NCBI GenBank assembly: GCA_964016885.1
Contig: OZ024751.1
Span: 27,156,001 to 27,220,000, forward strand
DNA from: Eledone cirrhosa
Lineage: Eukaryota
Reading direction: 5' to 3'
Length of the DNA: 64,000 bases
Position 1 is the stretch's first letter. Every line of letters begins with the position of its first letter. Shown here piece after piece: positions 40,823 to 53,927 of this stretch. A model generated the notes under the pieces. That model did not search any database. It worked only from the letters and a program-made list of their open reading frames with translations, and was not told the origin of the DNA. Made by a program: the position numbers and the translations under genes.

Positions 40823-41964
40823 ACTGTGCTTCTGTTCTCCTCTCAACAAGAAGTAAAGGAGAGAGCTGGGTCTACATTGATGTGCCATACGAAGGAGAAG
40901 AGATAGGAGATCACCTGAGAAAGTGTATCGAAGTCAGATGGCACGGGAAGACAGACAACACTTGAAGAACAACTTGGACGAAGATACCTGCTGACTTTGG
41001 AAATACCATGTCAGAAAATGTAGAACGACAGGAATTAACAGCAACAATCCAAGACCAATATACCTGAGAAACCATGTAGCGTATGAGTGGAACTGCACAT
41101 GTGGCGCCAACTAGATTGGTTGTTCCCTGCAGTTACACAGACACACACATAGACACACACATAGACACATACATGCAGACACACACATAGACATAGGCAC
41201 ACATAGACACATACATACCCATACACACACATAAACACACACATAGACACACACAGACATAGACACACACATAGACACAGGCACACACATAGACACGGAC
41301 ACACACATAGACACACACAGACATAGACACACAACATAGACACAGACACACACATAGAAACACATCAACACAGGCACACACAGAGACACAGGCACACACA
41401 TAGACACACACACAGACATAGACACACACAGACACACACATAGACACAGACACACATTTAAACACATACACACACATAGACACTAACACACACACATAGA
41501 GATACAAACATCTGGTAACTGTAAGTCAGCCCCAGCCCATAACCAACTGCCAAATCAGTTAGTGCTCATCATGACTGAAGTAGCCTGATGTTTTTTATTG
41601 ATTTTTATATTGAAGATTACATTCAGGGGGATTAAGCCATGATGTAAATCTCTATAATAAACATCTGATCAGCTTTAATACCATTCATGGAGAATATGGA
41701 ACATTTTGCTAGATTTCTGGAAAGTTCCATAGAATTCTGTTATGTTTAGAAATATAGCCTGCCATGTTATAGCTTCTTCCACTTATTGCTATGATTGTGG
41801 GGGCATACTCCTCAAGTACTCCTTGCAGCAGGTCTTGTCAGAAACAACCATATCCAATTGATATCTGGATCCCCAAGCAAGACTCGCTGAGCTCATCAAT
41901 CTTATCCAATTATCTTGATTGGGGTCTATTCTGGGTCTCCTTCTCGTTAATTCTGCCAATAAAA

Positions 41965-42157
41965 TAATAATTGTTTCTACTTTAGGCACAAGGCCAGCAA
42001 TTATCCAGTGCATTACTGGTACTTTATTTTATCGACCCCGTAAGGATGAAAGGCAAAGTCAACCTCGGCGGGATTTGAACTCAGATCGTAAAGGGACGTA
42101 ACTATGCTGGAAAGCATGGCGTCCGACCCTCTACCGATACTGCTAATCCACCGCCCT
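41965..42157 (-). mobile_element. SINE family 1 copy
   Basis: Reverse complement of the 2661-2850 unit. Confidence 0.88.
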
Positions 42158-42175
42158 AAAAAGATAGTTGACCAC

Positions 42176-42240
42176 ATCAGATATTAAGCTGATAAGAACA
42201 GATACTACACTTTGATCTTAGTCAAAAGGCCGAGAAGCGA
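42176..42240 (-). pseudogene. RNU2: 3'-truncated U2 snRNA pseudogene (first ~65 nt)
   Basis: Minus: TCGCTTCTCGGCCTTTTGACTAAGATCAAAGTGTAGTATCTGTTCTTATCAGCTTAATATCTGAT matches the U2 5' end including the GUAGUA branch-point recognition sequence; Sm site and 3' half absent. Confidence 0.92.
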
Positions 42241-42252
42241 ATAAAATAATAA

Positions 42253-42470
42253 TGAAATTATTGTGTACAGTGCTCAGGTGCACTACAACTCATCAAAGGT
42301 GCATGTATAGTACATAGAATAATGTACAAATGTCAGGAAAATGAACAGTGTATGAGTCATGATATAATAATAATAACAATAATAACAATGAAATATTGTG
42401 TACAGTGCCCAGGTGCACCACAACTCATCAAAAAGTGCATGTACAGTACATAGGGCAATGCACAAACATC
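42253..42470 (-). mobile_element. Two tandem CR1-type LINE 3' UTR remnants
   Basis: Match the 3' UTR at 53930-54040 (GTGCTCAGGTGCACTACAACTC...). Confidence 0.65.
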
Positions 42471-42639
42471 CAGCGATTTTTCCTGAGAAATTCTAACCAC
42501 ATGTCTGTAATATCAGAGCTGTGATCTCTCAATTCGGAGAAGTGGCTCGACATGGAGTGACTCTGATCTCCGTGCAACACACTCTATTAAGTAGCGTTAC
42601 TCCAAAGACTCTTTTGGCTGCTTGTATTCCTCATCATAT

Positions 42640-43428
<789 letters not shown>

Positions 43429-43736
43429 CAAATTGAAAGATATATGTTTATAGAAATACATATTCTATAGAAGAATATGTACATAGATGGAATCGTAAGT
43501 TAAACCTTATGGTGCTATTTCATACCGGAAAAGTATGGTAAAAAATCGATCTATGTAATCGATTATTATTGGAAAAAATCCAAAAAAAATCAATCTATAT
43601 ATTCGATCATCGAAGACAAACTATAAACAAATATCTTTTAATTTGGTTATTACGGCTCTAGATAAAATCTATTGAGCTTACTTATTGAGAAACACAAAAG
43701 TCTAAACATATCTGTTATGTTTTTATTTATCATTTG

Positions 43737-43768
<32 letters not shown>

Positions 43769-43891
43769 ACAAGCCTGGACCATCACTTCGATATTTTGCA
43801 ATATCTCAGTTAGGTTTCTGTAAATCCGAAATCAACAAAATCCGCTTGCGGCGTATGTAAGTTAAGTTAGCGGATCTACAGCTCGTAATTA

Positions 43892-43929
43892 CGAGCTGAG
43901 GATCCGCTAAGGTGAAACAATTGTTCTCG
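43892..43929 (+). ncRNA. Minimal type I hammerhead ribozyme motif with intact core
   Basis: CGAG CTGAGGA T CC GCTAA GG T GAAA CAATTG TT CTCG: stem I CGAG/CTCG, CUGANGA, short stem II, GAAA, palindromic stem/loop III CAATTG, GUU cleavage triplet; lies in a short element between TA/CT tracts. Confidence 0.7.
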
Positions 43930-44026
43930 GTATGGTGAACTAACTGTTGTGTAACCACTTCTACCTAACTCGTCCCATGGACTGAGTGCTCTACCACTAC
44001 GGATATTACCTTCCAGTGTTCTACCA

Positions 44027-44111
<85 letters not shown>

Positions 44112-44215
44112 TGTGTATATATGCATGTGTATATATGCATGTGTTTATATATACATATATTTATATATACATATATATATGTATATATATATATATATGT
44201 ATATATATGTATATA

Positions 44216-44274
<59 letters not shown>

Positions 44275-44564
44275 AAACAGATACCAAATAAGTTTTTACA
44301 TTAAATGCTGATTCACGAAATTTCGTCCCCTTCCTGGGGCTTCTCAAAATCAGTTATTTAAGATGATGTGTAATTAGTATTTTTAGCACAATTTTGTATG
44401 CATGCTTTTTGGGAAAATTCTTCCAAAGAAGTATGAAACATAGCCTTTTTGTACTGCTTATTATAATAAATTACTCTATTTTGAGCTGTTTGTAACTTCC
44501 CCACTTATGTTTCTAATTTTTTATATTGTTTTTGTAAAAAAACGATTATTTCTGAATATTTAGA

Positions 44565-45750
44565 CACCATCTTCGCCCCGTTGGCCGTCAATCTCCCCTC
44601 CCACATTCACAATACCAATCATACCCTTAGACTCTTCAACTCCTTCTCCATCCCTCTTGGTCCCTTCCACTTTCTCTTTACCCTGGACATCACTTCTCTC
44701 TTTACCGTCATCCCTCATGATGACGGCCTGTGTGCTCTCCAACATTTTTTAGACTTATCTGGCTGAGCTTGTTCTGACCCTCAATGGCTTTTCCTTTTCC
44801 GGTGAATTCTATCAGCAGGTCTCGGGGGGTAGCGATGGGAACCAGAATGAGACCAAACTATGCCAACTTGTTTGTTGGTTACGTCAAAGCCCAGATCTTC
44901 TCCCAGTACGCTGGACCAACTCCTGAGCTAAACGGTTGTTATATCGACGACTGTATCAGCGCCACCTCTCTATCACAAGAACAGTTCGACTGGTTTCTTT
45001 CTTTTGCCCTATCTTTTCATCCTGCTTTCACTTTCACCGCCTCCGTCTTTGATTCTTCTGTCCCTTTTCTAGATATCTCTCTATCTATTAATCACTCTCA
45101 CCACACCCTCTCTACTTCCATCTTCTATAAACCAACAGACTCCCACTCTTACCTCAACTTCACATCCTCCCATCCAACCCACACCAAACACTCCATTCCC
45201 AATTCCTCCGTCTTCGTCGGCTCTGTAGTCAGGATGACGATTTCGAAACCCATTCCTTTCACATGGCTTCCTGCTTCATCCAGCGTGGATATCCCCCCAC
45301 TCTGATCTAAGCTGCTCTCACCTGCGCCCGTGAAACAGACCGTACCACAGCCCTCTCACCTCACCAGCACCCTCCCAACACCCACCTTCCTTTCCCTCCC
45401 ATCTACCACTCTGGTGACATATCCTCCGTTCCTTCCACACCTTCTCTTCTGACCCCGTCACCTCTCGCTTTTTTTCCAGACCCATTACTACATTAAAGCG
45501 TGCCTACAACCTCCGCGACCTCCTGGTACGCAGTTCCTTCTCACCCGCTTCCACCACTCCACCCGGCTCTCATCCTTGTTCTCATCCCCGCTGCAACACT
45601 TGTCCCTTCATTTCCACCCTCACCACTCTCACAGGCCCTAATGGCTCAATCCGTTTCTGTCACACTTTCACATGCACATCCACCTACGTTGTCTATGTCC
45701 TCTGGTGTTCCCTTTGCAGGTCTTTATACATCGGACAAACGGGACGCCAT
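44565..45750 (+). mobile_element. Penelope-like element, degraded RT plus C-terminal GIY-YIG endonuclease
   Basis: FTLDITSLFTVIPH, GVAMGTRM.PNYANLF, YIDD, VPFLDI, FYKPTDSHSYL.F.SSHP, then CTSTYVVYVLWCSLCRSLYIGQTGR (about 45673-45747). Confidence 0.9.
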
Positions 45751-45751
45751 A

Positions 45752-46320
45752 TGGCAGGCCATTAAACCTTTACCTCCCCAGTAAAGTCTATGCTAAGTGT
45801 CTAACATGGAGGCGCAGGGAGATTGTCAAGTCCAAACTAGCTGATGAACAGTGTGGTTTTAGCCCCGGGCGCAGCACAGCTGACCAAATATTCACACTGC
45901 GGCAGATACGAGAAATGGTGGGAATATTGCCAGGAAGTATATTATTGTTTTGTTGACGATGAGAAGGCATGTGACCGCGTTCCTTGGGAGCTACTGTGGA
46001 AGGTTGTGCAGGAGTATGGGATTGATATTACTATACGAATGCCTGAGTATTTGTGTTCAGATAAATGGTGCTAAATCAAAACCATTCAATGTGGGAGTAG
46101 GACTCCACTAAGGATGTGTATTGTCACCTCTCCTGTTCATTGTTTACATCAACAGGATTGACATGCGCAGTCAGGTTGGAAGTAGTATCATGACTGGCGG
46201 GTGTAAAATCAGTTGTCTTAAATTTGCAGACGACATGGTGTTACTTAACTCGACAGAAGATCTTTGACTTGCACTTGATAGGTTTGATGCCGAGTGCTGC
46301 ATGGTTGGAATGAAAAATAA
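45752..46320 (+). mobile_element. RTE-clade LINE RT fragment
   Basis: DEQCGFSPGRSTADQIFTLRQ, FVD.EKA.DRVP, GCVLSPLLF, KFADDMVLL with stops and frameshifts. Confidence 0.88.
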
Positions 46321-47089
46321 CTTTAATGTTTAAAATATAAATGGGTAACTTTAAAACCAGGAGCCAACGCTCCCTACGAGATCATTTGACTTGCTAGAAA
46401 TAACAGCCAAATCTTCCTCAGGGATTACTTTAGAAAGCAGGATCCATTAGATAATATAGTTATATATTTACAGAATAAGAAACAGGGTGCTAAATATATG
46501 TCTGATGAAATATCTTAAAATATATTTGTATCGGATTAAAGCAACAATTCCACTGCATCATATTCACTACACTTGTAGAATACTGGACAACTATCGGGGA
46601 TCTTAGCAACATGTATCTATATAAATAGAGGTAATATTGTGAAGTCAGTCATAGAAACGTAGAAATAGTGCAATATTAATTATAGTGGCGAGAAAATCAA
46701 TGAAGTGCAATTTTAGTTAAATTAGATCAATTTTACAAGGCAAGGGAGATAAATATTGCAGCATACCGAAGAAGACCTGCAACAGTTCTCTCCCTTGGAT
46801 TATTACAGGCTAGAAATATTTGATAGTTAATGGCCGGGAATGATAGTGATAATTGTTCCTACTCTTGGCACAAGGCCAGCAAATACCCAGTGCATTACTG
46901 GTACTTTATTTTATCGACCCCGTAAGGATAAAAGGCAAAGTTAACCTCGGCGGGATTTGAACTCAGTGATAATGATATTAAAATATAGAGAAGTGTTATC
47001 ACATTATTCTTATTAATCTAAAACAAATATAAAATATCTAACTCTCAGCTAGTCCCTGGTCTTTATATGGTCGCTCCAACAAAATAAAT

Positions 47090-47435
47090 ACATTGATAGT
47101 TAAATAAATAAAACCTGCTGCCGGACGTGGATAAATTCAAACTAATCCACTTTGGAAAAAGAAATGCACTGAAACTCACATATTCCCTTCCCTAGGGTGA
47201 AACCCTCGGGCATCCAACAACTTCAGAAACTTGAGAGTAATTTCCGATAACAACATAAGCATATAAACAGCAAAGTTGACATGTCCCGCAAAATGTGTTC
47301 CTGGATTCTCAGAACTTTCCAGTCGAGAGATATCCACACCATTATCTTTCTCTTCTCGACTTTTTCCCAACCCCACCTTGAATACTGTTGTCTCCCCACA
47401 TGAAACAAAGTATTATGAAAACTGAAGCACCCTAA
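47090..47435 (+). mobile_element. CR1-type LINE RT C-terminal fragment
   Basis: ILRTFQSRDIHTIIFLFSTFSQPHLEYCC resembles the CR1 LYxxLVRPHLEY motif. Confidence 0.6.
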
Positions 47436-47443
47436 AGGTAGCG

Positions 47444-47975
47444 AAATCAAGGGCCTTATCAAGTAAGGTCTTGGATATCGAGGGGTAAAAATCAATAATG
47501 TCAAATTGTGTGAATCTAGCTTTCTATAACTGTTTGACTATTCTCCTACTGGTTAAGGTTGGACTGTTTCCTAATGGCTGCCACCCTTGGAGTAGGCAAG
47601 AAATTGGAATGTTTGGCTAGCGGAGAGGCCTATATCACCCTCAAGGACCATAAGGATGACTTTTCTAACCAACCAACGTTTGTTAACAAACCCTGCTAAA
47701 ACAGAGCTAGGTCTTGTTAGTAAGGACATACTCAGGAAAAATAAAGTAATAGCCATTAGGAAACAGTCCAACCTTAACCAGTGGCATAATAGTCAAACAG
47801 TTATAGAGTGGTTTAATGTCCTCAGACACACTAAGAAAGCTAGATTCACACAATTTGATATTATTGACTTTTACCCCTCGATATCCAGGACCTTACTTGA
47901 TAAGGCCCTTGATTTTGTTACTGAATTTACTAAAATAGATTATTTGGACCGTTTAGTCATATCCCACTGCAGGGA
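47444..47975 (+). mobile_element. Second Penelope-like RT fragment with an inverted partial copy upstream
   Basis: YITLKDHKDDF...LTNPAKTELGLVSKDIL...QWHNSQTVIEWF...FTQFDIIDFYPSIS; 47444-47542 is an inverted copy of 47788-47807 plus 47836-47915. Confidence 0.75.
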
Positions 47976-48069
47976 ACCTACAGACACGCACATACAGACC
48001 ATTCCACAAACCCAGTGAGAAACTTTGGTACATCCATAAGGACTCTAGCCACCCCCCTATAGTTTTTAA

Positions 48070-48151
48070 AACGCACCAGAGTACTCAATACTTAGGGTAG
48101 TAGAGTGGGTAATAGGAAAATGTATGACCCCGACGGTCATACCTTTCCTTA
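48070..48151 (-). mobile_element. Fold-back element family B, short copy
   Basis: AGGAAAATGTATGACC ccgac GGTCATACCTTTCCT hairpin plus family B tail. Confidence 0.65.
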
Positions 48152-48330
48152 TATATATATTGGCATTAGGAAGGGCATCCAGCCGTAGAAAACCATCCCA
48201 AAACACCCCTATATGAGCGAGACACGGTCATCTGACCCAACTTGCCTCAAAATGGGACCCGTCTAACCCATGCTAGCATCGAAGATGGACGTTAATCGAT
48301 GATGATGGTGATATATATATATATATATAT

Positions 48331-48470
48331 ATAATTTAACATTGAAATGGCTTCTATAGGACTAGAGCTGTTTCATAGAAGCCATTTCTATATCAAATTT
48401 TGTATATACTCTAATATATTGAGTACTTCACTTACTGTGGTTACCTCCCGATTGAACCTTGGACTCATAT
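48331..48470 (+). mobile_element. Fold-back element family A, short copy
   Basis: GAAATGGCTTCTAT...ATAGAAGCCATTTC arms plus family A tail, in (TA)n. Confidence 0.7.
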
Positions 48471-49002
48471 ATATATATATATATATATTTGTTCATTTAC
48501 GATTCTTTGTAACAGTCAATTTGATAAGTTTCGTTAATACTCGGTCGGATACGATAGTATCTCTTGTACTGTGGCCCTCCAGCTCGGTGGAAATCCACGG
48601 ATTATTTTAATCTCTATTAGAATATCTTTTAACCAACAATTCTATTGAGCTAAAAATAAAATTGTTAATATTCTACGGAGGATTATAAAAATAATACAAG
48701 TTGTCTCCCTTGCATTAGCTCTCGGCTTTGTAGTTGTTTATCTCAGAACCAGAAAGTCTAGAGTCAAAGACGTTCCAAATGTGACCATTCTGAGAAATAG
48801 CAAATCTAAGACAATATTATTAAATGTTGTCTTCTCTTTTAATGAGGATAAGCGTGATGTGTGAGATTTGGCCACTATTCCTAGCAGAATATTGAGTTCG
48901 ATTTCTGTTTTATATATAAATGAGAACTGGACAGTGTTGGTGTCTATGTAAGCTTGTGTGGATATATATTAATAGAGCTATATATGGAGGTATGTTTATC
49001 TA

Positions 49003-49392
49003 GTTAGCAGTATCGGTAGAGCTTCCGATATAATGCTTCACCGCATAGAGTTACGGCCCTTTACGTTCTGAATTCAAATCCCGCTGAGGTTTGCTTTGCC
49101 TTTTATCCTTACGTGGCCGATAAAATATAGTACTACGCGCTGGGGTCGATTTAATTGACTTTCCCCTCACCCAAAATTGCTGGTCTTGTGCATATATAAG
49201 AAACCATGGTGAATTGGCAGTATTGGTAGAGGGTCAGACATGCTTTCCCGCGTAGTTACGTCCCTTTACGATCTGAGTTCAAATCCCGCCGAGGTTAACT
49301 TTGCCTTTCATCCTTACGGGGTCGATAAAATAATGTACCAGTAATGTACTGGATAATTGCTGGTCTTGTGCCAAAAGTAGAAACAATTATTA
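49003..49392 (+). mobile_element. Two tandem SINE family 1 copies
   Basis: Homology to the 2661-2850 unit. Confidence 0.8.
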
Positions 49393-49838
49393 TTTATATA
49401 CAATATGGTCAAGGTAGGTACGATGAGAGAGCACCCAGTACACTCTGTAAATGTGGTTGGCGTTAGGAAGGGCATCCAGCCATAGAAACCAAACCACAAT
49501 CAGTTTTGTATGAGCATAACATGGTCTTCGGTAAACAATGATGATGATATATATAGATTATATATATATACATATATTTAATATATATATATATTAATAA
49601 AAGATCAAAGGCCATATTCAGTTGATTCAGGTTTATTTAAAACTCTGTTATACATATTTCACTGAGGACTCTCAGTTATGATAGTCAGAGCTCTTCAGAC
49701 GGCAAAACCTAAAATAAACATTGAAAGTTCCTAGGAAACCTTTAAATTTGGAAAAATCTAATAATTTCCCCGAAAAAGATTTTCTTTTCATGATACAGAG
49801 GGGCCAGCCAAACATGTGGTGTTTCTTAGACGCCCAAT

Positions 49839-49906
<68 letters not shown>

Positions 49907-49970
49907 CCCATGCTAGCGTGGAAAATGGACGTTAAACGAAGATGATGATGATGATGATGATATATATATA

Positions 49971-50164
49971 TAGGAAAATGTTTGACCCCGACGGCAGTGC
50001 TCAAGCCGTTTCGACGGTTATTTCTGGACTAAATTAGAATTTTTAGCGTAGTAAATAAATAGGGGCTATTTATTTACCACTCTATTTCCCACTCTACTAG
50101 CCTAAGTATTGAGTACTCTGGTGCGTTATGGTCCATCTGGTTCCTTACCACTCTTCCTTTGTTA
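49971..50164 (+). mobile_element. Fold-back element family B copy
   Basis: Inverted segment gives CGAAACGGC TTGAGCACT GCCGTC GGGG; family B tail; TA flanks. Confidence 0.7.
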
Positions 50165-50188
50165 TATATATATATATATGTATATATG

Positions 50189-50278
<90 letters not shown>

Positions 50279-50327
50279 GTATATATGCTGTATATATAAA
50301 TATATATATATATATATGTATATATGC

Positions 50328-50488
<161 letters not shown>

Positions 50489-50490
50489 GC

Positions 50491-50623
<133 letters not shown>

Positions 50624-50760
50624 GCTGCATATTTTAAAAAATTGAAAGAATGACCAGTGATGGTTGAATCTTTACAATAAGTTTAAAAATCTTGAGAAAG
50701 TTCCTCAAGAGAGTTAAAAAGAACAGAGTTCTTCCGGAAAGTTAACTAGGACTTATATCA

Positions 50761-50951
50761 ATAATTGTTTCTACTTTAGGCACAAGGCCAGCAATTACCC
50801 AGTGCATTACTGGTACTTTATTTTATCGACCCCGTAAGGATGAAAGGTAAAGTTAACCTCCGCGGGATTTGAACTCAGATCGTAAAGGGACGTAACTATG
50901 CTGGAAAGCATGGCGTCCGACCCTCTACCGATACTGCCAATCCACCGCCCT
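50761..50951 (-). mobile_element. SINE family 1 copy
   Basis: Reverse complement of the 2661-2850 unit. Confidence 0.88.
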
Positions 50952-50984
50952 TATATCAATAACTTATATCAATAAATAAAGGAC

Positions 50985-51130
50985 TTATATCAATAATGTC
51001 TTATCGTATGGTGACAATATCAATAATGACTTATCGTATGGTGACAATATCAATAATGACTTATTGTATGGTGACAATATCAATAATGACTTATTGTATG
51101 GTGACAATATCAATAATGACTTATTGTATA
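50985..51130. repeat. 30-bp tandem repeat, about 4.5 copies
   Basis: ATCAATAATGACTTATTGTATGGTGACAAT. Confidence 0.9.
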
Positions 51131-52039
51131 GATTTATCAAAGAATGTCAACCACCAGGGAAGTCATTCTTTATATTTCTTTTAAATTTCTCTTACTGTAC
51201 CAAGGAATTCCCTTGAGAGATGGTGTAGGGGTGGTGTAGTATAGTATATGTTGTAGTTGTGGTGTAGTGTGGTGGTGGTGTGGTGGTAGTGGTGGTGTAG
51301 TGTGGTGGTGGTGGTGGTGTAGGGTATGTTGTAGTGGTGGTGTAGTGTGGTGGTGGCGGTGTAGGGTATGTTGGTGTAGTAGTTTAGTGTTGGTGTAGTG
51401 TGGTGGTGGTGTAGGGTATGTTGTAGTGGTGCGGTGGTGTAGTAGTGTAGTGTTGGTGTAGTGTGGTGTGGTGTGGTGTAGTAGTATAGTGGTGTGGTGG
51501 TGTAGTAGGGTAGTGGTGGTGTAGTAGTGTAGTGTGGTGGTGGTGGTGGTGGTGTGGTGTAGTAGTGTAGTGGTGTCTATTATGACAATATAAACACCTC
51601 TTTAGTGTTCCTGGCAAGTATGTTTGTCAATGATTCAAGGCAACAGTATTGGTCATGCAGCAGCTCAGGCCACTTGGCCGCTAGCCAGACCAACTTTACT
51701 TGACACTCACAAGTTGGGATCTGAATGAACTAGTTTAATTAGTTGTCTGTAATTAGTGGTATAATGGTGATAATGGTAAGTGGTGTTGGTGATGGCGTGG
51801 TGGGGGTGGGGGTGATAATGGTGGGGGAGTGTTGGTGGTGATGGTGGTGGGGGGTTATAATGGTGGGGGAGTGTTGGTGGTGATGGTGGGGGTGTATTAG
51901 TGGTGGTTGCAGCAGCATATGTGGTATGAGGGAGGGTGTAAATATGTGTGTGGGAGAGCTGTATGTGTATAGATATATATATATATGTATATGTATATGT
52001 ATGTATGTGGATTTGTGCCAGGCAGAAGTAGCACCAATG

Positions 52040-52305
52040 CCGTTTTCTAAATGCGATAACTACAAGAGAATTTCCTAAGTTGAAGCCACTATATTTGGCT
52101 CTGGTAGATCTGGAAGAGGTCTTTGACAGAATGCCATCATCTGTTGTCTGGTGGTCTTTAGGGTAGAGTAATAGTTTGTGAGTGGAGTGCAAGCAAGGTA
52201 CAGAGATTCTGTCTCCAAAGTAAAACTAAGAGAAGAGTTTAGTAAGAAATTCACTGTATTGTAGTTCCAGACTTCTGTCCCTTTTATAGTTTTACAGGCC
52301 ATAAC
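52040..52305 (+). mobile_element. Decayed RTE LINE RT fragment
   Basis: LQENFLS*KPLYLALVDLEEVFDRMP resembles the RTE LYxAFVDLEKAFDRVP motif. Confidence 0.65.
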
Positions 52306-52379
52306 AATTTGTCGGAAGAAAACAAACGAAATAAGACTATCCTTACAATTTCAAGCCCAAAAGTAATGGGACTTGAAAT

Positions 52380-52557
52380 AATTGTTTCTACTTTTGGCAC
52401 AAGGCCAGCAATTACTGGTGCTTCATTTTATCGACCCCGTAAAGATGAAAGGCAAAATTAACCTCAACAGGATTTGAACTCAGATAGTAAAGGGCAGTAA
52501 CTCGATGTTGCAAAGCATGGTGTCCGACCCTCTACCGATACTGCCAATCCACCACCC
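52380..52557 (-). mobile_element. SINE family 1 copy
   Basis: Homology to other copies. Confidence 0.8.
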
Positions 52558-53016
52558 TTGGAGGGGTTGATTAATGAGAAGTAAATAAGGGAGAGAACTG
52601 CAATAGACTGAGCTGGTCCAACTCTTTTGAAACATTTTTAGACAATGGAGTGGAAGTCTTTATGACAACTTAGGGAAAGCAATGGACATGTTTCAGTTGT
52701 ATTAGATTTCGCCAGTGAAGCCTGTTTACATAAGGAGCTGGCTAGACTGTAAAGAAAAGGGGACAGGAATTAAGTACTGACTACAGTGTCTGATAAGAGC
52801 ATTTGAGAATTCTACATGAAGGTTTTTCTACATTTAGAATGTAAGATTCTACTAGTCTGTATACACAAGTTGTTGAGTTGTACACTCCTCAGAACTATAC
52901 ATACATACGTATGTATGTATGTATGTATGTGTTATCTCAATTTCGAGTATATTTTTTGACCGGCCACCTTCCTGGTGGCAAGTTTGTAAAAGAAAAGAAA
53001 TTGTCATCCCTTGAAT

Positions 53017-53215
53017 CACAAGAATGTTTTGCAAATTTTGAAGGTGCCAGCTATTGCAGCCATTTGTAGACTATGAATTAGGGAGCTGCGCTCTTCGTCC
53101 GCAAATCCAAGTTCAGTCATACTTTGGTCCAAGCGGGTTGGTATATAACCCGTAGCTCCAATAATGATGGGTATGAAGCTAAAGGTGTATCTTGGCTACT
53201 GGATTTGTATGTGTG
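53017..53215 (-). mobile_element. RLE-type non-LTR retrotransposon C-terminal fragment
   Basis: Manual translation PRYTFSFIPIIIGATGYIPTRLDQSMTELGF...LQMAAIAGTFKICKTFL* resembles RLE-LINE C-termini (PIIIGALG...LQ..AI.GT). Confidence 0.65.
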
Positions 53216-53927
53216 TATTACATAAAGCGTACAGGAGGGAGTCACTGAAGACTGGACTAAGTTGTATACATACAGGCAGAGCCTGACCCACACTGAAAAC
53301 AAAAATACATTCCATATATTTCCTCTATATATATAGTAATGTCTTTACTTCCAGAAGCAACCCCTTCAAAATATCATAATTTCTTTGTTTGACCTAAATC
53401 CTCTCTAGAGTATTACAACATCCAATATCGTTTCAGCACAATAATAAAAACATAAAAATCCCATAATATATATTACAAAAAAAAAAAAAAAATAGAGAGA
53501 GAGAGATTATCACGTGTTTATTTCTAGTAATTTTATGTATTCATTTTGTTGAAAGACTCCCTCAAATTTGTCCATTCTTTTCTCGTCTTCCATGCATCTT
53601 AATAAGAAAACAATTTCGGCAAACTGACCTTAATGCATGAAATACCAGCAAGTTGACAAAGGGAGCAGTCTGTTAGGCTTATCTGTGTGCATTTTCTGCT
53701 GATTATATATCTACACTGAATCTATCTATCATATATAAATATACATACATATATATACTGAAGTTAAAGTTAACAGCCCCAATACACATTTTATTTTGTG
53801 CTATGAAAAAATAGCCTACAAAGTTGAACATACAAACCCTTGGACGGCATCAACCCTGTAACTTGGACTTATGTCTGCTGCTGCTGTGTGCGTGCGTACA
53901 CACACAACATTGCATTAATAATATAAC

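Noticed and set aside
40340-41100. Complex-looking sequence around the 36-bp repeat as a possible exon
   Set aside because: No recognisable protein motif or convincing splice pair; probably old TE debris.
42176-42240. Functional U2 snRNA gene
   Set aside because: Only about a third of U2; no Sm site; upstream is LINE tail rather than an snRNA promoter.
44307-44353. Hammerhead-like fold on the minus strand (CTGATT TTGAGAA GCCCC..GGGGAC GAAA TTTCG TG AATCAG)
   Set aside because: Core deviates at several positions and the triplet ends in G; too degenerate to call.
49640-49705. CTGAAGA/CTGAGGA and GAAA motifs near small hairpins
   Set aside because: Could not assemble consistent stems I-III.
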